Positions 29,169 to 39,264 of a stretch of 64,000 bases of DNA are shown here, piece by piece. Each line of letters opens with the position of its first letter. The stretch's first letter is position 1. The stretch lies in the NCBI GenBank assembly GCA_963728405.1, contig CAVSJV010000005.1, positions 224,001 to 288,000 on the forward strand. The letters are read 5' to 3'. A program made the position numbers and the translations under genes. This stretch comes from Methanomassiliicoccaceae archaeon (GTDB lineage Archaea > Thermoplasmatota > Thermoplasmata > Methanomassiliicoccales > Methanomassiliicoccaceae). The notes below the pieces were generated by a model. That model saw only the letters and a program-made list of their open reading frames with translations, was not told the DNA's origin and did not search any database.

Positions 29169-29999
29169 TCATTTCGTGGCGGATAGGTTCATTCTTCGAA
29201 AGGTCTCGAAGTAACTGCCGTCCGGAGCCCTGGTCCTCTCCTTCATCTTCTCTACAACCAGGTCGCGCATCCCTTTCTTATCATTCTCATGGACCAATGC
29301 AAGCAAAGGAACAAGGGAAGGTTGGTCTATCCAACTCAATAGCTCATCCTCGGTGAAGAATCGATCGGCGTTCTCGGTCCAAGTTCGGTGTTCTGAGAAC
29401 TTCTTGCTGCGGACCAGGAACTCATACTCTTCCAAGGTAGGCATGAACCAGGGCCATTGTGCCTGTTCAAAATATCTTCGGTAGCGAGGTAGCTCCATGA
29501 CCTCTCGGGCCACGGCGAAGAAGTTCGAGCAGTTGCCGTCCCCGGCGAAGTTGAAGCGTATCCTCCCGCCGGCGCGAAGTCCGCTCCGGACATGATCCAA
29601 CAAACGGCCATGGTCCTTGACCCAGTGTAATGCTGCGTTCGAGAAGGCCACATCGAACTCTCCCTCGAAGGTGAGATCATTGATGTTCAGGACCTCGAAC
29701 CGAAGATTGCCACCCTCCAATTTCTTCGCAGTGTTGATCATAGAAGGTGATGAGTCCACCCCCAGGACCGATCCCCCAGGAACGCGTTCCGCTATCTGAC
29801 GGGTCAGTATGCCATCACCACAGCCTAGGTCGATGACCTGCTCGTTGCCGCGAAGCGCAAGCTCATCGATGAGCTTCATGCCCCACTCCTTCTGGTGGCG
29901 GGAGGCGGCCTTGTACTTCTCCCCATCGAAATCGGCCGCAGATGGAGCTTGGCCCTTTAACGAGGAATTGACCATGGAACGATAATGTGATTCATGCAA
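29169..29999 (-). CDS. Class I SAM-dependent methyltransferase (Tam-like); start uncertain
   Basis: IDLGCGDG, GVDSS.SM, FDVAFSNAALHWV. Confidence 0.88.
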   Translation of the reverse strand: MHESHYRSMVNSSLKGQAPSAADFDGEKYKAASRHQKEWGMKLIDELALRGNEQVIDLGCGDGILTRQIAERVPGGSVLGVDSSPSMINTAKKLEGGNLRFEVLNINDLTFEGEFDVAFSNAALHWVKDHGRLLDHVRSGLRAGGRIRFNFAGDGNCSNFFAVAREVMELPRYRRYFEQAQWPWFMPTLEEYEFLVRSKKFSEHRTWTENADRFFTEDELLSWIDQPSLVPLLALVHENDKKGMRDLVVEKMKERTRAPDGSYFETFRRMNLSATK

Positions 30000-30017
30000 T
30001 ATAGAAGAAATGAAAAG

Positions 30018-30090
30018 TGCAGGTGCCGGGATTCGAACCCGGGCGTTTAGCTTGGAAGGCTAAAATCCTAACCAACTAGATTACACCTGC
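30018..30090 (-). tRNA. tRNA-Gly(TCC)
   Basis: Minus strand GCAGGTGTAATCTAGTTGGTTAGGATTTTAGCCTTCCAAGCTAAACGCCCGGGTTCGAATCCCGGCACCTGCA; loop CTTCCAA; no CCA encoded. Confidence 0.94.
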
Positions 30091-30449
30091 GCGTTCTATC
30101 CTGACTCACTTCCCCTTTTTAACTCTTGTTGAGCTGTTCGCTCTTCTTAAAGGGAGCCCCTCTGCATCATTTTAAGCCTCTGCCATTCGCGCAATAGGTC
30201 AATGGTAGCAATATATCAGACAAGTCGTCGACATCGGTTCTTCCGACCTACTATTGGAAAGGCAACGGTACTTTGTTCGGAAATATGTGGCGAAGTGCCG
30301 ACTCCGTCGGAGAAAAGCCAGAGCAGTCGCGGGCATGAAGGATGCTTTGTCGGCGGACATCGTACTCCATCAATATTGGAATTATTGAAAGTGGGAAGCG
30401 GAGGAGTACTTTTAAAACTCTGAGGCTGGAGATGAAAAATAGAGGGGGT

Positions 30450-30478
30450 GAGGAGGCGCCCCATCCTGCGCCTCCTCC
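30450..30478. terminator. GC hairpin downstream of the small ORF at 30516-30764
   Basis: GAGGAGGCGC-cccatcct-GCGCCTCCTC. Confidence 0.4.
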
Positions 30479-30515
30479 AAAAGGCGGCCGTTTTCATTCC
30501 ACGATCGCGATTAGT

Positions 30516-30764
30516 TCAGCTGTCTCCCATCCTTGGCAGCTGTCCCTGCTCGATCTCTTCCAAGGCTTGGACGGTCTCCATGATCCCGTTAACGATCTCG
30601 CCCTTGTTCTCCAGTTCTCTGGCAAGGTTCTTCAGATCACTAACGGTATGGGTTTTCATCCAAGCGATGACTTCGGGATCGAAATCGTTGTTGCGGATCG
30701 ACGCGTGCCTGTTATTCATTGCTTGCATCCCATCGAAGATATTCGTCCGACGTTGGTCAGACAA
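30516..30764 (-). CDS. Small acidic helical hypothetical protein
   Basis: 82-aa ORF (or shorter) with an upstream AT-rich TATA-like region at ~30780-30810. Confidence 0.5.
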   Translation of the reverse strand: MSDQRRTNIFDGMQAMNNRHASIRNNDFDPEVIAWMKTHTVSDLKNLARELENKGEIVNGIMETVQALEEIEQGQLPRMGDS

Positions 30765-30964
30765 AGACAGGAAAGAGGATATTTACTATATAATGATTTC
30801 CATGTAATTTATTCAGCATCGTAAGATGAACCTCCCAGATGGCATTTGGGCCTGTGGTCCAACAAGCTCGTCCGACACTCGGCCGCCATGTTCCGTCCGG
30901 CGCGTCTGACTAGAAAAGCCTTTTTATGTACATACCACAATCAGCGCGCAATTACGGTGATGGG

Positions 30965-33900
30965 ATGGGATTTCTAGAATCGCTCCGCGACAAGGAGCTT
31001 AGAGGGCTCTTTAGGGCTCGAAAGCTGATAGAGAACGCAGACCTGCAGCTCGCAAACGGTCGCGGTCCAGAGGCACATGCCGAGCTCGATAAGGCCAAGG
31101 AGATGTTGTTCAAGGAAGGGCAGAGGGGTAGCCTCCACTCCAAGGACCACGCGGACGTGCTGATCATCCTGTCGGGGATCCTGGTCAAGGCCCAGGCCTT
31201 GGACGACGCTATGAAGGCGACAGACAAGGCGCTGACGCTCATGCCATCGGACCCTCTGGCCATGGCGGCGCGGGCCCGCGTGCTCGCTGCCAAGGGCTCC
31301 TACTCGGAGGCAATCGCTCTGCTGGGCAAAGCGATGGAGCTGAAGGGGGATGACAAGGGGCTCTACTTCGACAAGGCCCGGGTACTGGAACGGGCCGGAA
31401 AGAAGGAGCAGGCCGTTGCCGCCTACAAAAAGGTCGTGGAGATAGACCCAGCGGACATCGAGACCTATGATATGCTCATCACCCTGGATGACAAGCTAAA
31501 GTGGTCCTTACAGAAGGCCGAGGCGTTAATGCGGGCCAAGCGGACCGAGGATTCCCTCAAGGCGCTCGACGAGATCCTGGTCCAGGACCCCAAGAACATC
31601 GACGTCATGCTGGTCAAGGGTAGGATCCTTCTTGAGCAGCGGCGGTTCGATGAGGCCTCTGCCATCTATGATCGGGCACTGGAAGCGGAGCCAACCTCCT
31701 TCAGTGGGAATTTGGGCAAGGCCCAAGTGCTCCGGGCCTCGGGAGAGCTGGAGCATGCCGTAAAGTATTACAAAGAGGCCCTGAGGGCCGACGTGCGACG
31801 CAAGGAGACCTGGGTCGAGGTGGGGCATCTTCTGGAACAGCTCAAGCGCCTGGACGAGGCAGAAAAAGTATACGCAAAGGCGCTGGAGATCGATCCCCGG
31901 TATCTGGCGGCCCAGGAAGGTCAATATCGCACCCTGTTGGCCGAGGAGAAGTGGCCAGAGGTGGCCGAGGCCGCCTCTCTGCTGCTGGGTCAGAAGCCTG
32001 AGCTGGCCGTTCACAAGGGCAAGGTCAACGCCCTGGTCAAGGTCCAACGCTTCAAGGAGGCCCTGGACGCGGTGAACACTGCCCTGCAGGCCTTCCCCAA
32101 GGAGCCGGAGCTGATGTCCCGCAAGAGGGACATCTCAGTGGCGTTGGGCATGGGCGATGAGACCGTGAAGAACTGCGAGGAGATACTCTCACAGAACCCC
32201 CACGATCCCGAGACCATGTACGAGCTCGGAGTCGCTTACACCAAGGCACTGCGGTTCCATGAAGGGGTCAAGGTCCTGGAAAAGTCGCTGAAGAACCACC
32301 CGGACAAGGAGAGGGTCCTGGTGGCGTTGAAGGACGCATACAAGGGCATCGGCAAGGACAAGGACGTCCTGGATGTGTGCGAGCGATTGCTCAAGGTCAA
32401 CCCCAAGAACACCGGCGGCCTGGTAGATGCGGGCATCGCCTTGGACCGCTTGGGTCGGCGGGACGACGCCATCCACATCTACGAGGATGCGCTGGAGCTA
32501 GAGCCGGGGAACCAGGACGCTCTGCGCAACCTGTGCATATCACTGTTCAACCTCAGGAAGCTCGAGAGGGCATTGGAGCGATCGGTGGCCGGCACCGAGC
32601 TGTTCCCCAACGACCCCGCTTTCTGGCGGGTCAAGGGCGACACGCTTTTCGCTACCAGCCGATTCTCCGAGGGGGCGGAGGCCCTTGCTAAGGCTATCTC
32701 CCTCGATCCCACCGACAAGAAGCTGTGGTGGTCCCGCGGCATGGCCCTGGTCTCCGACCAGCGGTTCGAGGAGGCGCTGGTCTCCTACGAAGAGGCACTG
32801 AAGCTCGACCCCAATGACTACAACATCTGGGTCACCAAGGGCAGCGCTCTCGCTTCCATGGACCGCCATTCGTTGGCCTTGCAGGCCTTCGATCAAGCGA
32901 TCTCCATCGATGAGGACAACAAATTCGCCCATACTCTGAGGGGTAAGTCTCTGGCCCGCATTGGCATGCACGCCGAGGCAGTGATCGCCTACAACCGCGC
33001 CTTGGCCCTCGGGCACAAGGACCTCGAGGTGCTAGAAGCAAAGAAGGAATCGCTCAAGAACCTGTCCCGCACCGAGGAGATCATTTCCACCTGCGATCAG
33101 ATATTGAAGCTCGACCCCAAGAACAAGGCTGCGGTCGTGGACAAGGCGATCTCCCTCCAGACGCTTGGAAGGGTGGATGACGCCCTGAAAGCGTACAATA
33201 GAGTATTGGATACCGACCCCCGGGACGCTGCGGTCCTGGAGCGGAAGAAAGATGCTCTCATGGTCAAGGGTGACTACTCCGGAGCGGTCGAGGTGTGCAA
33301 CATCCTGTTGCAGATCGAACCGCGCTCCAAGCAGGCCCATGCCGATCGTGGAGAGGCATTACTGGCCCTCGGGAGGGTCCAGGACGCCGCGGTGGAGTTC
33401 GATTTCGCCCTGAAGCTCGACCCCAATGACCGGACCCTATACAACAAAAAGGGGCTGGCCCTCATGCAGATGGAGAACTACTCGGCTGCGGCCGAGGCCT
33501 TTGACCTGGGATGGAGACTCGACCCTGGCGACTCCATCATGCTCGATAACAAGGGCCGGGCGATGCTTATGGGCCGTGACCCAGGAGGAGCGCTGCAGGC
33601 GTTCAACGAGGCCGCTCGGATCGCGCCGAACAATCACACCTTCCGGATGGACCAGGGACGCGCCCTCGCGTCCCTGGGCAAATACGAGGATGCACTGGCC
33701 GCCTTGGACGAGGGGCTCCAGCTCAACGCCAACGATGGCCAGATCTGGAGGTACAAGGGCAATGTGCTCTTCAAGATGGGCAGCAAGGAGCAGGCCGTGA
33801 GGAGCTACGACCGGGCCATCGAGCTGGGGGCTGCCACCGCCGCCACCCTGCTCTCCAAGGGCAAGGCCGAAGAGGAGCTTGGCCGGCCGGAGGACGCGTT

Positions 33901-35653
33901 GGTCTCGTACCAGAGCGCGGCCGAGGTCGACCAGAACGATGCCTCCCTGTGGATGCGCATCGGAGTGGTCCAGGCCAAGATGAAGCATCTGCCGGAAGCG
34001 GTGGAGAGCCTGGATCGGTCCATAGCGATCGATCGCACCAACAACCGGGCCTGGTTGAACAAGGCTGCGCTTCTCGAGAAGCTCGAAGAGGACGAGGAAG
34101 CGTTGCGCTGCTACGATACTGTTCTCGGCAACGAACCCCATGACCGGTACGCCTGGAGTGGCAAAGGTCGCATCCTCATGAAGATGGACAAGCTCGACCA
34201 GGCCAAGCGGGCGTTCGACAAGGCCTTGGAGATCGACCCCAAATTGGAATCGGCGATCGAAGGCGCTGGCGTACTGGACAAGAAGCTCAAGGAGCGGCAG
34301 GTGTCCATCTATGCGGCCAGGGTGCTCGAGTACGAATATCGCCAGAACCGGAAGGTCACCCGGGAAGAAGCGTTCAAGGAATGCGGACTGCCCTTCAGTG
34401 CGCTTGATGAGGTGACGACCTACCTGCAGAACAAGGAGCAGGTGGATGTCGACGCGTTGGACGAAGAACGGTTCCACGCCTATGAGGTGCTGTCCCACGA
34501 GGTGCTCATGGCCACGCTGGGAAACCCCAACTACCATAAGCAGGGAGTCCGCCTCGCCGACGTTTATATGAGCATGTCGGACCGGGACATGGGCAAGGCG
34601 AAGAAGATAATGACCTACATCGAGACGGTCAATAAAATGGACTTTCCCGCGGAGGCGGTGGACAAGAAGACCGAGAAAATGGTACGGGCGGCCATGGACC
34701 TGCCGTCCGACGCTCACTCCACGATTGGAGTGATGCAGCACATGGAGGTTGGCCTGTACACCGCCCGCCGCATCGTCAGCATACTCAAGAGCTTCAATGA
34801 TGAGGCCCCCGTAACGAGGAGCCAACGCTCCGTTCACGAGCGCGCCTCCCTGCCCGAGGAATTGCCTGAGGCCCCCGCCCCGACGAAGCAGGAGACCAGG
34901 GGAACGAGACCGCGGAGCGATCACGAGGCCGTCGGCGAGACGATTGAGCAACCCGAGGAGGTAAGACCGATGTTCAGGAGAAATAAGAAGAAGGAAGAGT
35001 TCGAGCCCGCCCACCCGGTTGACCGTACCAACGCGGTGGCCGTCAATTTCTACCCCAGCTCCGATCAGTATCACGGCCGTAATTGCCTGTTCCATGGCGA
35101 GAACGTAGTGTCGGTGTGCCCGAACTGCGGTACTCTGTTCTGTATGGAATGCGTCACCCGCCTGGACGCCTGCCCCCGCTGTCGTATGGCGATCAATTTC
35201 GTCGACGGAAGCAAGCAGGTGGTGGCAGTGGACGACCATGAGGTCATCGAGACGGAGGCCCAGCGGAAGGCCATCCAGCAGCGGTGGGCCATGAAGCGAC
35301 TGGCCGAGGCCGACACCCATGTCAGGGACAAGGAACGCCAGACCCTGATGCCGGACAAGGACCTCCAGGTGGAGAGGTTGATGCGGGAGGCCAATAAGAG
35401 GTACAACAACCCGCCGGTGCAAGAACCTCCCCAGCAGGCCTATCGGGCCGCCGCCCAGACGTTCGAGGCCCCCCCGCCGGCCGAGGAGCCCGTAGCCGAG
35501 CTCGAGCCCGCCCCGGAGGAGATCCTGCCCGAGGAGCCTGCTCCCGCCCCGCCGGTCAACAAGAAGGTCGACGAGAAGAGGGAGAAGCTCCGGGAACTGC
35601 TAGAGCAGGAGCACGATGCTCAGGAAGAGTCCCGGGACCTCTCCCGGCTATAA
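30965..35653 (+). CDS. Giant TPR-repeat protein with C-terminal Cys/His zinc-finger-like domain
   Basis: About 30 tandem 34-aa TPR units (W..KG..L..LGR..EAL..Y..AL..DP); CLFH..CPNC..FC.EC..CPRC; Pro/Glu-rich tail. Confidence 0.9.
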   Translation: MGFLESLRDKELRGLFRARKLIENADLQLANGRGPEAHAELDKAKEMLFKEGQRGSLHSKDHADVLIILSGILVKAQALDDAMKATDKALTLMPSDPLAMAARARVLAAKGSYSEAIALLGKAMELKGDDKGLYFDKARVLERAGKKEQAVAAYKKVVEIDPADIETYDMLITLDDKLKWSLQKAEALMRAKRTEDSLKALDEILVQDPKNIDVMLVKGRILLEQRRFDEASAIYDRALEAEPTSFSGNLGKAQVLRASGELEHAVKYYKEALRADVRRKETWVEVGHLLEQLKRLDEAEKVYAKALEIDPRYLAAQEGQYRTLLAEEKWPEVAEAASLLLGQKPELAVHKGKVNALVKVQRFKEALDAVNTALQAFPKEPELMSRKRDISVALGMGDETVKNCEEILSQNPHDPETMYELGVAYTKALRFHEGVKVLEKSLKNHPDKERVLVALKDAYKGIGKDKDVLDVCERLLKVNPKNTGGLVDAGIALDRLGRRDDAIHIYEDALELEPGNQDALRNLCISLFNLRKLERALERSVAGTELFPNDPAFWRVKGDTLFATSRFSEGAEALAKAISLDPTDKKLWWSRGMALVSDQRFEEALVSYEEALKLDPNDYNIWVTKGSALASMDRHSLALQAFDQAISIDEDNKFAHTLRGKSLARIGMHAEAVIAYNRALALGHKDLEVLEAKKESLKNLSRTEEIISTCDQILKLDPKNKAAVVDKAISLQTLGRVDDALKAYNRVLDTDPRDAAVLERKKDALMVKGDYSGAVEVCNILLQIEPRSKQAHADRGEALLALGRVQDAAVEFDFALKLDPNDRTLYNKKGLALMQMENYSAAAEAFDLGWRLDPGDSIMLDNKGRAMLMGRDPGGALQAFNEAARIAPNNHTFRMDQGRALASLGKYEDALAALDEGLQLNANDGQIWRYKGNVLFKMGSKEQAVRSYDRAIELGAATAATLLSKGKAEEELGRPEDALVSYQSAAEVDQNDASLWMRIGVVQAKMKHLPEAVESLDRSIAIDRTNNRAWLNKAALLEKLEEDEEALRCYDTVLGNEPHDRYAWSGKGRILMKMDKLDQAKRAFDKALEIDPKLESAIEGAGVLDKKLKERQVSIYAARVLEYEYRQNRKVTREEAFKECGLPFSALDEVTTYLQNKEQVDVDALDEERFHAYEVLSHEVLMATLGNPNYHKQGVRLADVYMSMSDRDMGKAKKIMTYIETVNKMDFPAEAVDKKTEKMVRAAMDLPSDAHSTIGVMQHMEVGLYTARRIVSILKSFNDEAPVTRSQRSVHERASLPEELPEAPAPTKQETRGTRPRSDHEAVGETIEQPEEVRPMFRRNKKKEEFEPAHPVDRTNAVAVNFYPSSDQYHGRNCLFHGENVVSVCPNCGTLFCMECVTRLDACPRCRMAINFVDGSKQVVAVDDHEVIETEAQRKAIQQRWAMKRLAEADTHVRDKERQTLMPDKDLQVERLMREANKRYNNPPVQEPPQQAYRAAAQTFEAPPPAEEPVAELEPAPEEILPEEPAPAPPVNKKVDEKREKLRELLEQEHDAQEESRDLSRL

Positions 35654-35659
35654 CCTTTT

Positions 35660-36001
35660 TCAAGGGCCGCCCCCGGTGTGGTGCTGGACGGCGGCCACCT
35701 CCATTTCCATATCGCCTTCGAGTATGGCTCTTTCTCCACACACTGCCCGATCATCCCGACAGCTCAGCCGGTAGCCCCTAGCCTCCAGCCATCGCAACTG
35801 CACTAAGGCCTCTTCGATCCTGATGAGGTCCACGCGGCCGTCCGGGAACAGGTCGATGAGCACCTCCACAAAGTAGGTCTCAGGGGCCCGGGCCCCCGCC
35901 CCGATCCGGAGCCCCGGTCTCCGGCCCATGGTCTGGAATGCCTCCATCTCTTCCGAGCAGGTGGCCTTCTCCATCAACCCCTTGGTATCTATCGTCGTCA
36001 A
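35660..36001 (-). CDS. Hypothetical protein downstream of the ABC permease
   Basis: TTG start 5 bp after the permease stop; YFVEVLIDL..RGYRLSC. Confidence 0.55.
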   Translation of the reverse strand: MTTIDTKGLMEKATCSEEMEAFQTMGRRPGLRIGAGARAPETYFVEVLIDLFPDGRVDLIRIEEALVQLRWLEARGYRLSCRDDRAVCGERAILEGDMEMEVAAVQHHTGGGP

Positions 36002-36005
36002 GCGA

Positions 36006-37166
36006 TCACCGGTTCCCGAAACGGCGGAACAGCGCAGTGCCGGCGATGAGCGAGAAGGCGGCAAAGAACGCCACAATGGCCAGGTCTAGGACGAGGGCCG
36101 TACTGGTGAGCGTGGCTCCCCGCAGCAGTATGGTGTTCAGGCCATCCGTTACATAGTAGGCCGGCAAGAGAGCACCGACCGACTGGGCCGCCCCGGATAG
36201 GCTGGATCCCATGAACGTCCCCAGGAACATCTGGGGCATAATGAAGGCGAAGGCGATCATCGTGGCCTGACTGGGGCTCCTGGCCACCGAGGCGGTGATC
36301 AGTCCGAACCCTACGGAACAGATGGAGAATACCAATACCAGTATGAACGCAAAGGCTAAACCCTCGATGGAGGAAGTGGAGTGGAATCCCAGGGCTAGCA
36401 CCAGGGCGATAACAAGACTCAGCTGGAGTACGGCGATGACCATGTTCGACAGGACGTTGGACAGGATGAACTCGCCCGATGTGACGGGAGTGGTGTTCAT
36501 CCTCCTGAGCAGACCTTTCTCGCGGTCCAGGGCAAAGGATTGTCCGATGATCATGGTGAGGAACACAGCGGCGAAGGTGATGACCCCCGGAGCCATGTGG
36601 TCGAAGGTGGTCAGATGAATGGAAGTGGTGACCTGCGTCGTGCCCAGGGCGATCGGACCGTCCACCTGCACCGACGGCCCATAAATGGTGGCAGCCAGTA
36701 CCTGATGGACGATGGGCGGCACTGCCTGAGTGGAGACCATGGAGGCCGGATCCAGGTATAGCTGCACCTGAACCGGGGTCCACTGGAGTGGGTCATCGGC
36801 ATAGAGGGCGTAGGCCGAGCAACCGCTCCCGAAGCCCTCTGGCAATACGATCACCGCCTGGAGCTTTCCCTCGGACAGGTCATTCTGGGCCGTTACGTTG
36901 TCCTTGTAGTTCTGGAGTGAGAGAATGTTAGTGGCCGCCAGGTTGGTGGTAAATTCCTCGGACCAGTGTTGGTCCAGGGAAGGATGGTCCATGTCCACCA
37001 CCCCTATCTTGTAGGTTGCGGCCCCCCCACCCATCGCCCCGAAGGCCGTGCCGAACAGGATGGTCAGCGCAATGGGGAACATGAGCACCATGAACAGAAA
37101 GGACGGCTCCCGGAGGGTCCGCTTAAGGTTGGAACCGGTAAGGGCAGTGATCCGGCGCAGGTTCAT
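36006..37166 (-). CDS. ABC-2 type exporter permease
   Basis: MNLRRI start in an ATGA overlap; APGV..F, DREKGLLRR..TP, about 6 TM. Confidence 0.88.
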   Translation of the reverse strand: MNLRRITALTGSNLKRTLREPSFLFMVLMFPIALTILFGTAFGAMGGGAATYKIGVVDMDHPSLDQHWSEEFTTNLAATNILSLQNYKDNVTAQNDLSEGKLQAVIVLPEGFGSGCSAYALYADDPLQWTPVQVQLYLDPASMVSTQAVPPIVHQVLAATIYGPSVQVDGPIALGTTQVTTSIHLTTFDHMAPGVITFAAVFLTMIIGQSFALDREKGLLRRMNTTPVTSGEFILSNVLSNMVIAVLQLSLVIALVLALGFHSTSSIEGLAFAFILVLVFSICSVGFGLITASVARSPSQATMIAFAFIMPQMFLGTFMGSSLSGAAQSVGALLPAYYVTDGLNTILLRGATLTSTALVLDLAIVAFFAAFSLIAGTALFRRFGNR

Positions 37167-37910
37167 GCCGACACCTCCCGAATGCGGCGACCGGTGAGCT
37201 GTATGAACACTGTCCTCCAGGTCCTTCTGGCCATACTGGGCGATCAAGCTTTTCGGGTCATCCAACGCGATCAATCGACCGTGGTCGATGATCCCGACAC
37301 GATCACAAAGGGACTCGGCTTCCTCGATGTAATGGGTGGTCAGGATACAGGTCCGTCCTTCCTTCTTCAGCTCCTTGATCACATCCCACACTGCCCTCCT
37401 GGACTGGGGGTCCATGGCTGCGGTGGGCTCGTCCAGGAACACTATGGGCGGATCGGACACCAATGCCATCGCTAGGCTCAGCCGCCTTTTCATACCCTCG
37501 CTATATTTGCCGGCCCGGCGATCCAGGTCCTCCCCTAGCCCCATCCTGTCCAATTGCTCGATGGCCTGCTTCTTCGCCTCCCGGCGAGAGAGGGAGTGCA
37601 GTGCCCCGAACAGCTCGACGTTCTCCCGGCCAGTGAGGTGCGAGAGCACTGAGCTGCTCTGAGTGCAAACCCCTATGAGCTGCTTGACCTTGGCGGTCTC
37701 TCTCACCACATCATGCCCGCCCACACTGGCCATGCCACTGGTGGGCCGGTCCAGACCACACAAGATGCTAATGGTGGTGGTCTTTCCGGCCCCATTGGGG
37801 CCCAGGAGACCGAACACCTCTCCCTTTCGGATGTTCAGGTTTATGCCGTTCAAGGCAACGAAGTCCCCATACTGCTTGGTGAGCGACACGATCTCGATGT
37901 TAGCGTCCAT
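37163..37910 (-). CDS. ABC transporter ATP-binding protein (apparent fusion to the permease is a +1 indel near 37211)
   Basis: GPNGAGKTT, YSEGM, LDEPT, TTHY; removing one base restores LEDVFIQLTGRRIREVSA*. Confidence 0.9.
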
Positions 37911-38023
37911 TTTGATGCCTCGGCGGATACCATCGACGAACGAGGCTTGGGTCTGTGTTCATGGGGTGGTTGATAGAATGAACATTACTGGGTTGAAAAG
38001 GGGCAGAACATGAACCGACCGGT

Positions 38024-38035
38024 GGACAATTGTCC
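38024..38035. promoter_or_regulatory. 12-bp palindrome upstream of the ABC operon (candidate operator)
   Basis: GGACAATTGTCC, between the Lrp-like regulator stop and the ABC start. Confidence 0.35.
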
Positions 38036-38050
38036 GGCCAGCGAAAATTC

Positions 38051-38960
38051 TCAATCCTTTTGTAATGGACTGTTCTTGGTCAACCGCTCCCTCCAGGTCT
38101 CAAATACCTGACCGCTGTAAAGGATGAACGGAACGGAAGAAATGGCCCCTTTCTCATCGTCCAGCCTCTTTCTGAGGTCGTTCATGTCCTTCATCGAGGC
38201 TGACCAGGAGCAGAATATGATCGTATCCGGCAGGTTACTGAACAGAAAGAAGAACAAGCCTTCCGGTGAGTATCTGGTCAGAAGGGAGTAGGCGAACTGG
38301 ATGCGGTCCACCGAAGGGAGGACGCGGATGTGGAACATGGAAAGGATATCGTTCGACTTATCTGGATACCATTCTAGAGAGCACTCGATCAGGTGCTTTT
38401 CGAGCAAGTGGTCCAGCCGGCGTCGTACGGTCTTGGCCGAGGTATTGAGCTCCTCTGCGATGTCCGAGACCGGTTTGCGGGAGTCATCCTTCATTTTCTC
38501 GATTATCCGAAGGTCCAGCTTGTTCAGTTTATTATCCTCCTTGGACGGGGGCGGGCCGGCCAGGATCCCCACGGTAGGGTTGTCGATAAGGCCACGTGAG
38601 CTTGACCGAGGACACCACGCTCTCCAACTCCCCAATGTCCCTGAGGTACGCCCCAACGTAGATCATCCCCCCGCTGGCCTGGGCGACCCAGTAGATATGG
38701 TCGTCCTCGCCCAGCCGGGCGCTGACCTCATCCGTCTTGCCACGGCTGAATCCGTAGATGAGGGCTGAAGTCGCCCCTACTGCCGGCAAGCTGACCTTCG
38801 TGGTGAACTTGGATATGATGCCGGTCTCCATCAATGATTGGATGCGCTTGTGCACGGCGTTCACTGACAGGTCCAGCTTCTCTGCCAGCTCTCGATAGGG
38901 GGTCCTCGAATCGACCAGCAATGTCTTGATGAGAGAAAGATCGGTGGTATCCATCGGCAT
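38051..38960 (-). CDS. Tandem Lrp/AsnC-type HTH regulator, frameshift ~38595
   Basis: Two HTH modules: DSRTPYRELAEKLDLSVNAVHKRI and DSRKPVSDIAEELNTSAKTVRRRL. Confidence 0.85.
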
Positions 38961-39264
38961 CAGGAGAACGGATCGTTCCGATAAAGCCCTTTGGAAAAAT
39001 GCAGAGAAGGGGTTTCAAAGGGCCCTGCGCCGCGCCATCAAGAACTCAACAACACGATGGCCGCTACCAGCAGGACGTGGTCTCCCCCGCCCGGTCGGCC
39101 CCCTAGCTCGCCGGTCCGGTTCTGAAGATCGGCGATCGGGTTATGGAGCGCCTGAGTCGAGGTAACGGTCATGCCTATAATCGGCAAATGCAGAAGCACC
39201 TCGTTGTCATCCACGAAAATGATCTCCGGATATATTGGGACGGTACTCGCGTGGACCGGAAATC

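Noticed and set aside
33437-35422. 661-aa antisense ORF and many other long shadow ORFs
   Set aside because: Antisense or alternate-frame shadows of real genes, expected in GC-rich DNA; no motifs.
35440-35560. Repetitive GAGCCC/GCCCC tracts in the TPR gene tail
   Set aside because: Explained by a Pro/Glu/Ala-rich low-complexity protein linker.
36006-37910. 634-aa ABC ATPase-permease fusion ORF
   Set aside because: Deleting one base near 37211 restores the standard LEDVFIQLTG ending and an ATGA overlap; the fusion is an artefact.
39020-39260. Possible SRP or RNase P RNA in the truD-regulator spacer
   Set aside because: No SRP helix-8 or RNase P conserved-region motifs found on either strand.
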